From Chloroflexota bacterium (GTDB taxonomy: Bacteria > Chloroflexota > Anaerolineae > UBA4142): a DNA stretch of 64,000 nucleotides. The stretch spans positions 24,751 to 88,750 of the forward strand of contig JACRBM010000039.1 of NCBI GenBank assembly GCA_016219275.1, given 5' to 3'. Under the pieces are notes generated by a model. The model saw only the letters and a list, made by a program, of their open reading frames with translations. It ran no database searches and was not told the origin of the DNA. Made by a program: the position numbers and the translations under genes. Below are positions 1 through 9,748 of the stretch, in pieces (positions within the stretch are counted from its first letter, which is position 1; each line of letters starts with the position of its first letter).

Positions 1-1385
1 GCACGATTGTCGCCGGACAATTCAAGGTCATTGCGAATGTAGGACCGCAACGCGCGAGCGCGGCGAGCGGCTCGTGGTACAACATGCAGCTGTTGTATAA
101 CATTCCGAATCTCCAAGCCGAGGGCGTGGACGTTTTCACGAACAAGTTCAAATCCGGTCCCTACCGTTGTGTGGGACATCCGAACGGCACGCTCGCGTTG
201 GAAACGATCATGGATGTCGCCGCCTACAAAATCGGAATGGACCCCGTCCAATTCCGTTTGAAGAATCTGAACCTCAAGGGCAATCCGGAAAATCGGCGAC
301 CGTACAGCAATCCTGGGATTGCCACGTGCATTACCGAAGCGGCAAAGACGATTGGCTGGACGCAAAAATTCCACGCGCCCAAGGCAAAGCAGGTCCGTCC
401 CGGCGTTTTTCACGGCATCGGGATGGCGGCAATGAACTGCAATCACGGCGCGGGCACGGCGAGCGCGAGCGGCATGTGCATCGTCACGAGCGACGGCTCG
501 CTCCAAGCCATCTCTGCCAGCAACGATATCGGTCCGGGTCAGCGCACGCTCCAGGCGATGATCGCGGCAGAGACGGTCGGCATTCCGTTTGAACGAACGT
601 CCATCTCTTTCGAAGTGGATACCGATTTCAGCTCCGATTGCGGCGGCACGAACGGCAGTCGCCAAACCAACACGGCGGGCTGGGGCATGTACGAAGCCGC
701 GATGGATGCCAAGCGCCAGTTGATGGACTGGGGCGCGAAAAAATTCATTGACGACGCGAAAAAACTCACCCCACCCCAAACGCTCAATGTGAAACCGGAA
801 GACCTGGATGTCCGCAACGGTGAGGTCATCTTCAAGAATGACCCGAGCAAAAAACTCCCGGTGCGCGATGTCGTGGCGTTCAGTACGGGTCCCGTCATCG
901 GTCGCGGCGTGCATCTGCAAGACCCGACCTGGGAACGCGCAGCGTTCGCCGCGCACGCGGCGGAAGTCGAAGTGGACACGATGACCGGAACGATTCACGT
1001 CATCAAGTACGTCGCGGCGCATGACGTGGGCAAGGCGCTCAACCCGTTCGCGTTAGAGCAACAAATCGAAGGCGGCGTCATCATGGGACTGGGCGCGGCG
1101 CTTCAAGAGGAATTGCTGGTTGATGCGGCAACCGGTTTGCCGTTGAACGATAACATTCTCGACTACAAGGCGCTCTCGATCAAAGATGTTCCGCGCACGA
1201 TTGACGTCGTGCTCGTCGAGACGATGAAAGAGTACGGCGTGTACGGCGCGCATGGTATTGGCGAGCCACCGATCAATCCGCCTTGCGCGGTCATCGCCAA
1301 CGCGGTGTACAACGCGATTGGTGTTCGGGTGGATCGAATGCCCATCACGCGCGAAAAGATTCTAGCGGCGCTCAAGGCTGCCTAG
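1..1385 (+). CDS. Xanthine dehydrogenase/aldehyde oxidase family molybdopterin-binding large subunit (CoxL/XdhA-like), 5'-truncated by window edge
   Basis: The reading frame is open from nt 3 with no stop before the first ATG at 84. The C-terminal region matches the Mo-co-binding domain of XDH-family large subunits (...GPGQRT..., ...HDVGKALNP..., GIGEPP). Confidence 0.8.
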   Translation, partial: TIVAGQFKVIANVGPQRASAASGSWYNMQLLYNIPNLQAEGVDVFTNKFKSGPYRCVGHPNGTLALETIMDVAAYKIGMDPVQFRLKNLNLKGNPENRRPYSNPGIATCITEAAKTIGWTQKFHAPKAKQVRPGVFHGIGMAAMNCNHGAGTASASGMCIVTSDGSLQAISASNDIGPGQRTLQAMIAAETVGIPFERTSISFEVDTDFSSDCGGTNGSRQTNTAGWGMYEAAMDAKRQLMDWGAKKFIDDAKKLTPPQTLNVKPEDLDVRNGEVIFKNDPSKKLPVRDVVAFSTGPVIGRGVHLQDPTWERAAFAAHAAEVEVDTMTGTIHVIKYVAAHDVGKALNPFALEQQIEGGVIMGLGAALQEELLVDAATGLPLNDNILDYKALSIKDVPRTIDVVLVETMKEYGVYGAHGIGEPPINPPCAVIANAVYNAIGVRVDRMPITREKILAALKAA

Positions 1386-1398
1386 GGGGAGAGGTAAT

Positions 1399-2394
1399 AT
1401 GAAATCCTTCGAGCTCCATGACGCAGCCACCGTGCAAGAGGCGGTCGCGTTGCTCAACAAGTTCGGACCGACCGCCAAGATCGTGGCAGGCGGGAGTGAT
1501 TTGGTAACAGGCGTCATGAAAGACTGGGTTCACGGCAAAGGGATGCCCTATCCAGAAAAGTTGATTGATGTAACGACCATTCCGGAAATGGTCGGGATCA
1601 ATATCGCTTCGACCGGAAATGCGACGATTGGCGCGGCGACGACACTCACCTCCATCGCAGAATCCAAAGAACTGGATCAGCGCTATCCCGTGTTCACGCA
1701 AGCAGTATCGAGTGTTGCCTCGCCATTGATTCGCAACTTTGGCACGCTGGGTGGCAACATCAACCAGCGACCGCGTTGCTGGTTTTTCCGCGGCGAGAAT
1801 TTCGCCTGCTACAAAAAAGGCGGCGACTTTTGCTTCGCGGTGACGGGGGACAACCGGTATCACGCGATCATCGGCGGCGAGTTGTGCTACATCGTTCACC
1901 CATCCGATTCGGCAAGCGCCTTGCTGGCGCTCAATGCTTCAGCAACGATCGCCGGTCCCAGTGGGACGCGAACCGTCCAGTTCGATAACTACTTTACTGG
2001 ACCGCGCGAAGACGTGTTGCGCGAAAACGTTCTCAAGCCGGATGAGTTGATGGTCAACGTCAGCATCCCACAACTAGCGCCCAACACCAAGACCGCGTGG
2101 TTCAAGTTGAAAGACCGCCAGGTGTACGACTTTGCGCTAGTCAGTGTGGCGGCAGTTATCACTCAGGAAAATGGCGTGTGGAAAGATGGTCGCATCGTCC
2201 TGGGTGGGGTTGCCCCGGTGCCTTATCGCGCCAAGGTCGTCGAGGAGGCGCTCGCCGGCAAGAACATCAAGGAGAACATCAAAGCCGCGGCGGCGGCGAT
2301 CAAGACTGTCGCGCGACCGATGAGTTTGAATGCGTACAAAGTAGATATCACGATGGGCTTGATCGAGCAAGTTGTGCTGGGCGCGCTCGCGTAA
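1399..2394 (+). CDS. Molybdopterin dehydrogenase FAD-binding subunit (CoxM/XdhB-like)
   Basis: An SD (gggggagagg) precedes the ATG. N-terminal KIVAGGSDL and later GTLGGN motifs are typical of the FAD_binding_5/CO_deh_flav_C family. It follows the large subunit with a 13-nt gap. Confidence 0.8.
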   Translation: MKSFELHDAATVQEAVALLNKFGPTAKIVAGGSDLVTGVMKDWVHGKGMPYPEKLIDVTTIPEMVGINIASTGNATIGAATTLTSIAESKELDQRYPVFTQAVSSVASPLIRNFGTLGGNINQRPRCWFFRGENFACYKKGGDFCFAVTGDNRYHAIIGGELCYIVHPSDSASALLALNASATIAGPSGTRTVQFDNYFTGPREDVLRENVLKPDELMVNVSIPQLAPNTKTAWFKLKDRQVYDFALVSVAAVITQENGVWKDGRIVLGGVAPVPYRAKVVEEALAGKNIKENIKAAAAAIKTVARPMSLNAYKVDITMGLIEQVVLGALA

Positions 2395-2416
2395 GAGTTG
2401 GGGTAGTCCAGGCAAA

Positions 2417-2452
2417 ACCTTGCGAAGGTTGTAAACCTTCGCAAGGTTTACA
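2417..2452. terminator. Double palindrome AACCTTGCGAAGGTT / AACCTTCGCAAGGTT between convergent genes (putative bidirectional terminator); related unit at 43272..43290
   Basis: Each unit is palindromic. The same 15-mer recurs at 43272. Confidence 0.5.
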
Positions 2453-3254
2453 TGCCGGGTTCCAAAACGGCTTTGGTCGCGCGCACGACCCAGCCATGAA
2501 CGACGCCATTCGTCGCGATGTAACCACCCGTCGAGTGGAGCCAGGAGCCGCCTAGAATATCCGTGAGGACGCCGCCGCTTTCGCCGAGCACAACCGATGC
2601 TGCAGCGACATCCCATAGTTTCAGAGTCGTGTGATAATACGCGTGATAACGTCCGGCGGCGACGTAACACAGACCCAATGCCGGCGAACCCATCGCGTTC
2701 AAAGCAATCGCTTGCGTCGCGAGCAAGGTCGCAATATTCAAACTCTGTTGACGTTCTTGCATGTCACCGGGCAAATCGGTGCCGACAATCGCTTGATCGT
2801 ACGCGCTCTCGCCTTCAGCGACGAGTTGAACCGTGATCGGCTTGTCATTCAACCGAGCGTACTTGCCTTGAATCGCGTGGAACATTTCGTCGGTGCAGGG
2901 ATCGTAAACCACGCCGACGCGATAAACTCTTTCGTCGCGCAAGGCAATCGAAATTGCAAAATGGGGTACGCCCTGCGAAAAGTTCAGACTACCATCAATT
3001 GGGTCTACGATCCACAACGGATCGGCATCGGGCGGAACCGGCTCTTCACTCTCTTCAGCCAGGATGGCTTGGTCGGGAAAATCGGTCTGGAGGATGTCAA
3101 CGATGCGTTGTTGAATGGGCAGGGCGCTCTCGACCAACAGATCGCGCGGTCCTTTCCACTGTTGCGAACCTGGGTTGCCCAGCGACGCGATGGCGAGTTG
3201 TCCGGCTTGACGCGCGGCGCGCATCGCGGTATCGAGCGCTCGAGAATAATCCAT
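2448..3254 (-). CDS. Inositol monophosphatase family protein (SuhB-like)
   Basis: IMPase-family motifs are present (EESEEPVP, IVDPIDGS, WDVAAASVV). The start is placed at the internal MDYSRALD, because the upstream part of the ORF is low-complexity. Confidence 0.75.
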   Translation of the reverse strand: MDYSRALDTAMRAARQAGQLAIASLGNPGSQQWKGPRDLLVESALPIQQRIVDILQTDFPDQAILAEESEEPVPPDADPLWIVDPIDGSLNFSQGVPHFAISIALRDERVYRVGVVYDPCTDEMFHAIQGKYARLNDKPITVQLVAEGESAYDQAIVGTDLPGDMQERQQSLNIATLLATQAIALNAMGSPALGLCYVAAGRYHAYYHTTLKLWDVAAASVVLGESGGVLTDILGGSWLHSTGGYIATNGVVHGWVVRATKAVLEPGM

Positions 3255-3386
3255 TGATCCTCCTATTCCGGAATCGAAGACCTTCCAGGTCTTCGAGACC
3301 TGGAAGATCTTGACTGTTACTCGAAGAATAATCTTTTTAGGATGGCTCGTCAAGTCGGTCAATCCTTTTCACATTTGGAGTCCACC

Positions 3387-3992
3387 ATGTTCCGAATCAC
3401 CCTCTTCTTACTACTGCTGGTGCTCGTGACGGCGTGTGCTAGCCCAGCGCCATTAGCGCCATCAGCCACAACTGCTCCCGCGGCAGTCACGTCTGCGCCC
3501 AGCGCGCCAGTTAAAAGTGCGTCCACTCCGCTCCCGCTCCCATCGCAACCGACGACACAACCACTCGCGGCACGCACTCCAATACCATTTGTTGCGCCCA
3601 CCTTCGCACCGATCGTGTCTGCCCCGGTGAGCACCACTGCACCGACATCCGCTCCAACTGCCGCCGCAACGCGGGCGGCGACTACTGTGGCGACGGCAAC
3701 CGCAACGCGGGCGGCAACCTCCGCGCCGACGACCGCGGCGCAACCGCCGGCGGGTCCAACCGCGCCGGGTGTAGCCACCGGCGTGCGTTCGGAAACCAAA
3801 ATCGAGTTTGTCAACGCACTGACGACGGCAGAAGAAGTGGACGATTTGCGCTTGACGCTTTTACGGATTGCCGGCATTCTCGATGTTTCCGGCAACGAGA
3901 ATGCGATCACCATTGTCTACGATGCTGGGTTGATTTTGCCAAACCAGATCAAAGCCCGACTCGCGAGCATGGGGCATCCTGCCAAGCCATAG
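3387..3992 (+). CDS. Lipoprotein with Ala/Thr/Pro-rich low-complexity linker and small C-terminal domain
   Basis: A GGAG SD sits 8 nt upstream of ATG 3387. The N-terminus is a signal peptide with lipobox (LLLLVLVTAC). The linker is encoded by tandemly duplicated nucleotide repeats. Confidence 0.6.
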   Translation: MFRITLFLLLLVLVTACASPAPLAPSATTAPAAVTSAPSAPVKSASTPLPLPSQPTTQPLAARTPIPFVAPTFAPIVSAPVSTTAPTSAPTAAATRAATTVATATATRAATSAPTTAAQPPAGPTAPGVATGVRSETKIEFVNALTTAEEVDDLRLTLLRIAGILDVSGNENAITIVYDAGLILPNQIKARLASMGHPAKP

Positions 3993-4015
3993 AATTCCGA
4001 GAGTCCGGATTCAAG

Positions 4016-4417
4016 ATGGTAGAAAAACAGATCGTCCCGCGCACTCTGCTCCGCGTTGTGTTTGGATATGCCGTTGAGTGTTTCCCCGGCGCGTTGATCC
4101 TGGGTTACCATCAACTCAAGCGGATGTTTGTGCGCGCAGGGTTCGTGGTCAAGGTGAGCATGTCGCCCTTGAGCGATCTGCCGCCCGATACGAATCTTCT
4201 GCTCGTTCCAACAGCACTCGCCGAAGAGGCGCGGCGCGGCGCGTTCGATTGTCAAATCGAGGTGCTTGAGGATTTTTTAAACGCACCTATCTACAGCACA
4301 TTGATCCACCAACTTACCGAAAGCATCGAGTGGACTGCGCCCAAGATCGTCGGGCAAACAACGCCGAATGACGACGGCGAGATCGTCAATTATCGCGGTT
4401 ACGAACGGGTTGAATAG
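4016..4417 (+). CDS. Hypothetical protein (weak resemblance to PTS EIIB-like fold)
   Basis: It is a 133-aa ORF with protein-like composition and no confident family match. Confidence 0.4.
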   Translation: MVEKQIVPRTLLRVVFGYAVECFPGALILGYHQLKRMFVRAGFVVKVSMSPLSDLPPDTNLLLVPTALAEEARRGAFDCQIEVLEDFLNAPIYSTLIHQLTESIEWTAPKIVGQTTPNDDGEIVNYRGYERVE

Positions 4418-4442
4418 ACCGTTCGTCACATAAGGAGTTACT

Positions 4443-4688
4443 GTGCCTGCAGAGATTCAAGACTTGGCGCGCCGGCTGGAACAACAACTGACGGCGTACG
4501 AACACTTACACACGGACGAACTGAAAAGACTCCAAGACCAGATAGCGGCTTTTCAGCATTTACAGAACGACGAATTCCAGATGCTGCGGAACGAGTTATC
4601 GCAGTTGAAGCAAGCCCTCGGTGCAATCGAGGAGAGTGGGAAGCGGCTCTGGCTTGAACGAGAAGACACGCAAGTGATAAGCGGATAA
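4443..4688 (+). CDS. Hypothetical small coiled-coil protein
   Basis: It is an 81-aa ORF with an L/Q/E-rich heptad pattern and a GGAG SD upstream. Confidence 0.45.
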   Translation: MPAEIQDLARRLEQQLTAYEHLHTDELKRLQDQIAAFQHLQNDEFQMLRNELSQLKQALGAIEESGKRLWLEREDTQVISG

Positions 4689-4694
4689 TCCTTC

Positions 4695-5810
4695 ATGATC
4701 CTACGCCGTCTTTGCGCTTTCATTTTCTTGAGCTGTCTCGCCCTGTCGTTTTGGTACCTGCCCGTGGCTTTCGCGAGCGGTCCTGCGATTCTACAACTGA
4801 CCGACGATCACGCCGCGGATGTCCGACCGGCGTGGAGTCCCGATAACAAGACGATCGCGTACCAATCGAACCGCGAGGGCGCGTACCACATTTACCTGGT
4901 CAACGCCGATGGCAGTAATCCGCGTGCGTTGACCAAAGGTTCTTCCGACGACCGCCATCCCATCTGGATGCCCGACGGCAAAGCCATTCTCTTCGATTCA
5001 TTCGATGGATCGCGACGCGAAATTTGGATGGTCAATGTACTTGACGGCAACCTCAAGCAATTGACGAATTTTGGCGCGCTCGCCAGTTTTCCCGCGCCCA
5101 GTCCCGATGGGCAATGGATTTCTTTTTACGTTTTCAAGGATGAATCACTCGATTTGTGGATCGCGCGGAGGGATGGACGCGATGCCAAGCCGCTCACGCG
5201 CGAGCTGGCGAGTGCGCGCAACAATCAATGCACATTCGCGTGTCATTACGCCGCGTGGAATGCGGACAATCGTACCATCGCCTATTCCGCCGGCGAACTC
5301 GATACGATCTGGACGGTTGATCGCGAAGCCGGGTCGCCCAAGCGCGTCGTCGCGGACGGCGCGGACAATCACTTTCCCTGGTTTTTGCCGGATGGTCGGT
5401 TGGGATACGTTACCGAACACATCGAACCCGCCGCCGCGTGGACCGATGCCTGGGCGCTTGACTTGAAAACCGGTCAACGCACGCTATTGCAAAGTCGCAT
5501 GTCCATGCAGGGACCGGTAGAATGGAACAACGACAACACCAAAGTGTTATTCCACTCGCCGCGTGGGGGAAACTTTGATATCTATTTGATTGATCTCGGC
5601 GTTTCGAACGGCGTCGAAGCGCTGCAGGGCAAACCAATTCCAAGTGATCGCATCCAAAAAGCGGCAACCCCGGCGAGTCCGGTTGCCACGTCGCCAGCGC
5701 CCACGCAACAAACCGACCTGGGGTTGTTGACCTGGGTATTCCTGGGAACGATCGGGGTGTTCACTGCGGGTTTGGTCTGGCGGATTCTTCGTCGCCAGTC
5801 ACGGCGATAA
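4695..5810 (+). CDS. TolB-like periplasmic beta-propeller protein (PD40/WD40-like repeats) with C-terminal TM anchor
   Basis: The N-terminus is a signal peptide. PD40 repeats recur (AWSPDNKTIAY, IWMPDGKAILF, PSPDGQWISF). The C-terminus is a hydrophobic helix followed by RRQSRR. Confidence 0.7.
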   Translation: MILRRLCAFIFLSCLALSFWYLPVAFASGPAILQLTDDHAADVRPAWSPDNKTIAYQSNREGAYHIYLVNADGSNPRALTKGSSDDRHPIWMPDGKAILFDSFDGSRREIWMVNVLDGNLKQLTNFGALASFPAPSPDGQWISFYVFKDESLDLWIARRDGRDAKPLTRELASARNNQCTFACHYAAWNADNRTIAYSAGELDTIWTVDREAGSPKRVVADGADNHFPWFLPDGRLGYVTEHIEPAAAWTDAWALDLKTGQRTLLQSRMSMQGPVEWNNDNTKVLFHSPRGGNFDIYLIDLGVSNGVEALQGKPIPSDRIQKAATPASPVATSPAPTQQTDLGLLTWVFLGTIGVFTAGLVWRILRRQSRR

Positions 5811-5824
5811 ATCGGACAGAGGCA

Positions 5825-6586
5825 ATGATGCAGAAAACCAATCCGAATACGGAAGGCAATCCAAAGAAAGATTATTCGCGTCGCGAATTTATCGCGACGG
5901 CGGCAAGTGGCTTTGTCGCGATCAGTATGATCGGGATCAGCGGCGTCAATTTTTTCAAATCGGCAGTGACGCCAATTGAGCGCGAATCATCGGGAGTGAT
6001 TTTTCCGGATCCCACCTTGTGCATCGGTTGTCTCACATGCGAAGTCGCGTGTAGTGACGCGCATCGCCAGGTTGGAATGTCAACCGTATCGCGCATTCGC
6101 ATTTTCAACGAACCGAATGTCAAGCTAGACCCTGAGATTACCAAGAACTACCCAGGACGCGGCTCGTTCATTCAACAACCGTGTCTGCAATGCCCGGACT
6201 CGCCGTGCTTGCCGGTGTGCCCGGTCAACGCGTTACTGGTCGAGCCGAAAACCGGCGCGCGCGTCATTAACGAAAAAACGTGCATCGCTTGCGGGCGCTG
6301 CGCGGAAGCATGTCCCTTTCCAGTCCGCGCCGAAACCATCGCGACGAACGAACTGACGGTCGGGCAAAAGACGCGCATCACCTACGACCCCCAAAAGAAC
6401 GTGTTCACCAAATGCGACCTGTGCTATTTCCGCGAGGAAGGACCGGCGTGCGTGCAAAAATGCCCGATCAACGTTCGCATCAAGCAAGGCATCGTCAAAA
6501 GCGATCATCTCTGCCTGAATCTGCCCAAGTCGGACAAGGCGCAGTTTTCCAAAATGAAAGAGCAGCAAACGGTAAACAAATCGTAG
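5825..6586 (+). CDS. Tat-secreted 4Fe-4S ferredoxin-type iron-sulfur subunit (NrfC/HybA/PsrB-like)
   Basis: A twin-arginine motif (SRREFIATAASG) is present. There are four Cys clusters of the 4Fe-4S dicluster type (CIGCLTCEVAC, CLQCPDSPC, CIACGRCAEAC, CDLCYF...C). Confidence 0.8.
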   Translation: MMQKTNPNTEGNPKKDYSRREFIATAASGFVAISMIGISGVNFFKSAVTPIERESSGVIFPDPTLCIGCLTCEVACSDAHRQVGMSTVSRIRIFNEPNVKLDPEITKNYPGRGSFIQQPCLQCPDSPCLPVCPVNALLVEPKTGARVINEKTCIACGRCAEACPFPVRAETIATNELTVGQKTRITYDPQKNVFTKCDLCYFREEGPACVQKCPINVRIKQGIVKSDHLCLNLPKSDKAQFSKMKEQQTVNKS

Positions 6587-6659
6587 GGCAATTTTCCAAA
6601 TTGCCAAATCGTATCCGCACTTGGCGAAGATATTGGAACCAGAGTGAGGAGAAATTGTC

Positions 6660-7667
6660 GTGAAACGGATTTTATCGGTGGGGGTTGCCGTAACGTTTGG
6701 CATTTTCGCGATGACATATGGAACTAGCTTCGCGCAGGGGAACGCGTCGAACGGTTTCCCGCCACAAACCGATTTGTACAACGATGCGGTATTACTCGCG
6801 CGGGTCTTGCCACTCATCGCCGCGTTAGGAATCGGGTTTGGCATTTGGCAAGCCAAAGCCAGTCTGCGCGAACCCAAATCCACACCGGGTTCTGCGACCG
6901 TGATTCGTCACGATCTCGGCGCGGTGATCGCGCATTGGACGAACGGAGTCGGTTTTATCATCGGCATGATTACCGGCTTGATCGTCTTGCGGTGGTTACC
7001 GCGCCCTGACGAAATGCGAATCATCTTTGCGATTCATTACATCGGGTCAGGTTTAGCCCTGTTTGGCGTCGCCGGTCACCTGACCCAAAATGCGATCACC
7101 GGCGGGATGGGCTTGTTGCCGCGTTCGTTCAAAGATTTTACTGACGGCATTACTGATTTGATGGAACAAGCCGGCATCTTTGGACCGAGCGGTGCGGTGT
7201 TCAGAATCAACCTGCCGCGTGTCATTCGCGATACGCTCAAGGAAACGGTGAATTCGTTTGGTTTCAAACAATCCAAACGCTTGGGCAAATATCTTCCCGC
7301 CGAAAAAGTTTTCTCGTACACGCCCTGGGCGATTATCATCGTCGCGATTGTCGTGACCGGCATCATCAAGTCGTTTCGCTACCTCTACCCGATTCCACCG
7401 GATTTTATCGCGCAGGTATCCGTCGTTCACGATTTCTTCGCCTACTGCGCGGTAGGAATGCTGGGCATTCACTTGATCGCCGTCCTACTCGTACCACATC
7501 ACTGGCGCCTGCTCCTTTCGATGTTCACCACGCGCATCAGTCGCAAGTACGTGCAACAATTTCTTCCCTTGTGGGAAAAAGAATTGATCGCGCGCGAGCA
7601 AGCCAGTGCGACGACGACGCCAGAAACAAAGCATGTCGCCGAGCAACAACCGCAAAGCGCGGAGTGA
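6660..7667 (+). CDS. b-type cytochrome membrane subunit (cytochrome b561/FdnI/HyaC family)
   Basis: A GTG start is preceded by a GAGGAG SD. It is multi-TM, with a first helix IRHDLGAVIAHW...TG and a C-terminal HLIAVLLVPHH providing His heme ligands. Confidence 0.65.
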   Translation: MKRILSVGVAVTFGIFAMTYGTSFAQGNASNGFPPQTDLYNDAVLLARVLPLIAALGIGFGIWQAKASLREPKSTPGSATVIRHDLGAVIAHWTNGVGFIIGMITGLIVLRWLPRPDEMRIIFAIHYIGSGLALFGVAGHLTQNAITGGMGLLPRSFKDFTDGITDLMEQAGIFGPSGAVFRINLPRVIRDTLKETVNSFGFKQSKRLGKYLPAEKVFSYTPWAIIIVAIVVTGIIKSFRYLYPIPPDFIAQVSVVHDFFAYCAVGMLGIHLIAVLLVPHHWRLLLSMFTTRISRKYVQQFLPLWEKELIAREQASATTTPETKHVAEQQPQSAE

Positions 7668-7788
7668 GACAAGCAATCCGCCCCCGCCCTAACCCTCCCC
7701 TGTTCGGCGCAGTTTGCCGAACGGGGAGGGTCAGCGCGGGGGTTGCATCGCCGTTGACACGAATTCCATTTTGGTTTAAGGTACGCGC

Positions 7789-8976
7789 ATGAACAACGTC
7801 TGGGATGCAGTGATTCACGCATTGGAGCGCGGCGAACGCGTCGCGCTGATTACCGCCGTGCGCTCCGTCGGCTCGACGCCGCGACACAGCGCCGCGCGGC
7901 TTGCCGTGTTCGCCGAACGCGAACCCGTCGGCTCGATTGGCGGCGGGACGATGGAACTGCAAGCGATTGCAGATTCTCACGACGCGCTTGTCGAACGCCG
8001 ACCGCGTTTGGCGGAGTACAGCTTGACCGGGCGCGGCGAGGGCAACCTGGGAATGTGCGGCGGCACTCAAGAAATTTTCATTGATATTTTGGAACCCTCG
8101 CGCGAAACACTTGCTCAATTTCGCGCGACGCAATCCGCGTTGGAACACGGCGAACCCATCGTCTGCGCCACGCTGATCCGCGCTGAAAATGCAAACCTGG
8201 GATTAGGCACGCGCCAAGTTGTGCACGCGTCAGGTGAATCGGTTGGCTCGCTCGGCGACCCGCAACTCGATCAAGCCATCGCGCGCGAAGCAACGCGCGT
8301 GATCGCAGAACACTATCCCCAGCGACTCGGTTTCGACCCAGCGACCGGGACGGTCGCACGGTTAATGTCCACGCGCCGCGCGGCAATCGAAGTGTTTTTG
8401 GATTTGTTCGAGCCAGAAGCGCGTCTCGTCATCATTGGTGCGGGGCACATCGGGCAGGCGCTCGCCCAGGTTGGTAAATTCCTGCGTTGGCGCGTCGAGG
8501 TCGTGGACGACCGCGCCGATTTTCTCGCGCCCGAGCGTTTGCCCGGCGTGGATGCGACACACCTGGTCGCGTATGATCCTGCCACCGAAAACCTAGCGCC
8601 ATTGAATTTGGAAATCACGCCGAACACCGCGGTCGTCGTCGCGACCTGGGGCTGGGACGAACCAGCGTTACGCCGGTTGGCGCATACGCCGATGCTGTAC
8701 ATCGGACTCGTCGCGAGTTTGCGTAAGGCGGCAATCATTTTCGAGGCATTGCGAAACGAGGGGATTGATTCCGCTTGGTTGAACACCGTGCGCGTGCCGG
8801 TCGGATTAGACCTGGGTGCGGAAAGCCCGGAAGAAATCGCACTCGCGATCATGGCAGAGATTCTCGCCGCCGCGCGCGGCAAAAGCGGACGACCACTGCG
8901 CGATGTTCAGCAAGAGCGGCTCGCGCTCTTGAGCGCACACCGACCAACGCGCGTGCCGGCAGAACTTGCGCGATGA
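7789..8976 (+). CDS. xdhC: XdhC/CoxI-family molybdenum cofactor insertion chaperone
   Basis: It has the XdhC_CoxI N-domain (ALITAVRSVGSTPR, GGGTME) and a Rossmann XdhC_C domain (LVIIGAGHIGQAL). Confidence 0.85.
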   Translation: MNNVWDAVIHALERGERVALITAVRSVGSTPRHSAARLAVFAEREPVGSIGGGTMELQAIADSHDALVERRPRLAEYSLTGRGEGNLGMCGGTQEIFIDILEPSRETLAQFRATQSALEHGEPIVCATLIRAENANLGLGTRQVVHASGESVGSLGDPQLDQAIAREATRVIAEHYPQRLGFDPATGTVARLMSTRRAAIEVFLDLFEPEARLVIIGAGHIGQALAQVGKFLRWRVEVVDDRADFLAPERLPGVDATHLVAYDPATENLAPLNLEITPNTAVVVATWGWDEPALRRLAHTPMLYIGLVASLRKAAIIFEALRNEGIDSAWLNTVRVPVGLDLGAESPEEIALAIMAEILAAARGKSGRPLRDVQQERLALLSAHRPTRVPAELAR

Positions 8977-9614
8977 AAAAACAATCGCGCGTCGCGGCAA
9001 TCGTGCTCGCGGCGGGACTGGGCACACGCATGGGCGGACAGCCCAAACCCTTGTTGCCGTTTGGCGACCGCACGATCATCGAACACATCTTGAGCATTCT
9101 CGACGATTGCGACTTGGCGGAAAGCGTGATCGTAACCGGACATTATCACCAAGCCATCGAAGAATGTTTGTCTGGGATGCCGATCACGCTCGCGTTCAAT
9201 CCTGATTATGCCAATGGCGAAATGCTCAACTCGTTGCAAGTTGGATTGCAAGCCGTGTCCGAGATGCCGGACGCCGCGCTGATTCTGCTCGGCGATCAAC
9301 CCGCCCTCGAACCGGCGGTCGTACAAGCGGTCGTCGCCGCGTACGAGGATGGACTGGGAAGCATCGTGATGCCCAGTTTCCAAATGCGGCGCGGTCATCC
9401 CTTGCTGATCGAGCGAAAACACTGGGATGCCATCCTGGGATTGCGCGCGGGGCAAACGCTGCGCGATTTCATGCGCGCGGTGAATGCGGAGATTTACCAC
9501 GTCGAGGTGAATACATCGTCCATCCTGCGCGATATGGATACGCCGGACGAGTATCAACGCGAATTAGCGGAGTACATCAACCGAATTAAAACGGGTCACG
9601 CGATAATCGCGTGA
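8973..9614 (+). CDS. MobA-like nucleotidyltransferase, likely molybdenum cofactor cytidylyltransferase (MocA-like)
   Basis: The N-terminus AAIVLAAGLGTRMG matches the NTP_transf_3 family. Its ATG overlaps the xdhC stop (ATGA), indicating translational coupling. Confidence 0.8.
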   Translation: MKKQSRVAAIVLAAGLGTRMGGQPKPLLPFGDRTIIEHILSILDDCDLAESVIVTGHYHQAIEECLSGMPITLAFNPDYANGEMLNSLQVGLQAVSEMPDAALILLGDQPALEPAVVQAVVAAYEDGLGSIVMPSFQMRRGHPLLIERKHWDAILGLRAGQTLRDFMRAVNAEIYHVEVNTSSILRDMDTPDEYQRELAEYINRIKTGHAIIA

Positions 9615-9647
9615 CCCGTTCGTTTTACGCAGGATAATTGTTCACAT

Positions 9648-9729
9648 GTCATTGCAAGCCCCGAAGGGGCGAAGCAATCTCCGGTTCGCGTGTTGGGGAT
9701 TGCTTCGTCGCTGCGCTCCTCGCAATGAC
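9648..9729. repeat. Repeat family A copy 1: nested inverted repeat element GTCATTGCAAG...GCGAAGCAATC...GATTGCTTCG...CTCGCAATGAC
   Basis: The same element is seen at 49030..49118 and 52210..52311. The IR termini are seen directly in the sequence. Confidence 0.8.
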
Positions 9730-9748
9730 AGACAGAACCGAACAGTTT

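Noticed and set aside
2448-3362. Longer N-terminal extension of the IMPase gene (start at 3362)
   Set aside because: The upstream 36 codons are not conserved-looking, and the IMPase family begins at MDYSRALD. The shorter start is preferred.
3359-3913. Minus-strand ORF antisense to the Ala/Thr-rich lipoprotein
   Set aside because: It mirrors the low-complexity GC-rich repeats of the plus-strand gene and has no start context or signal features.
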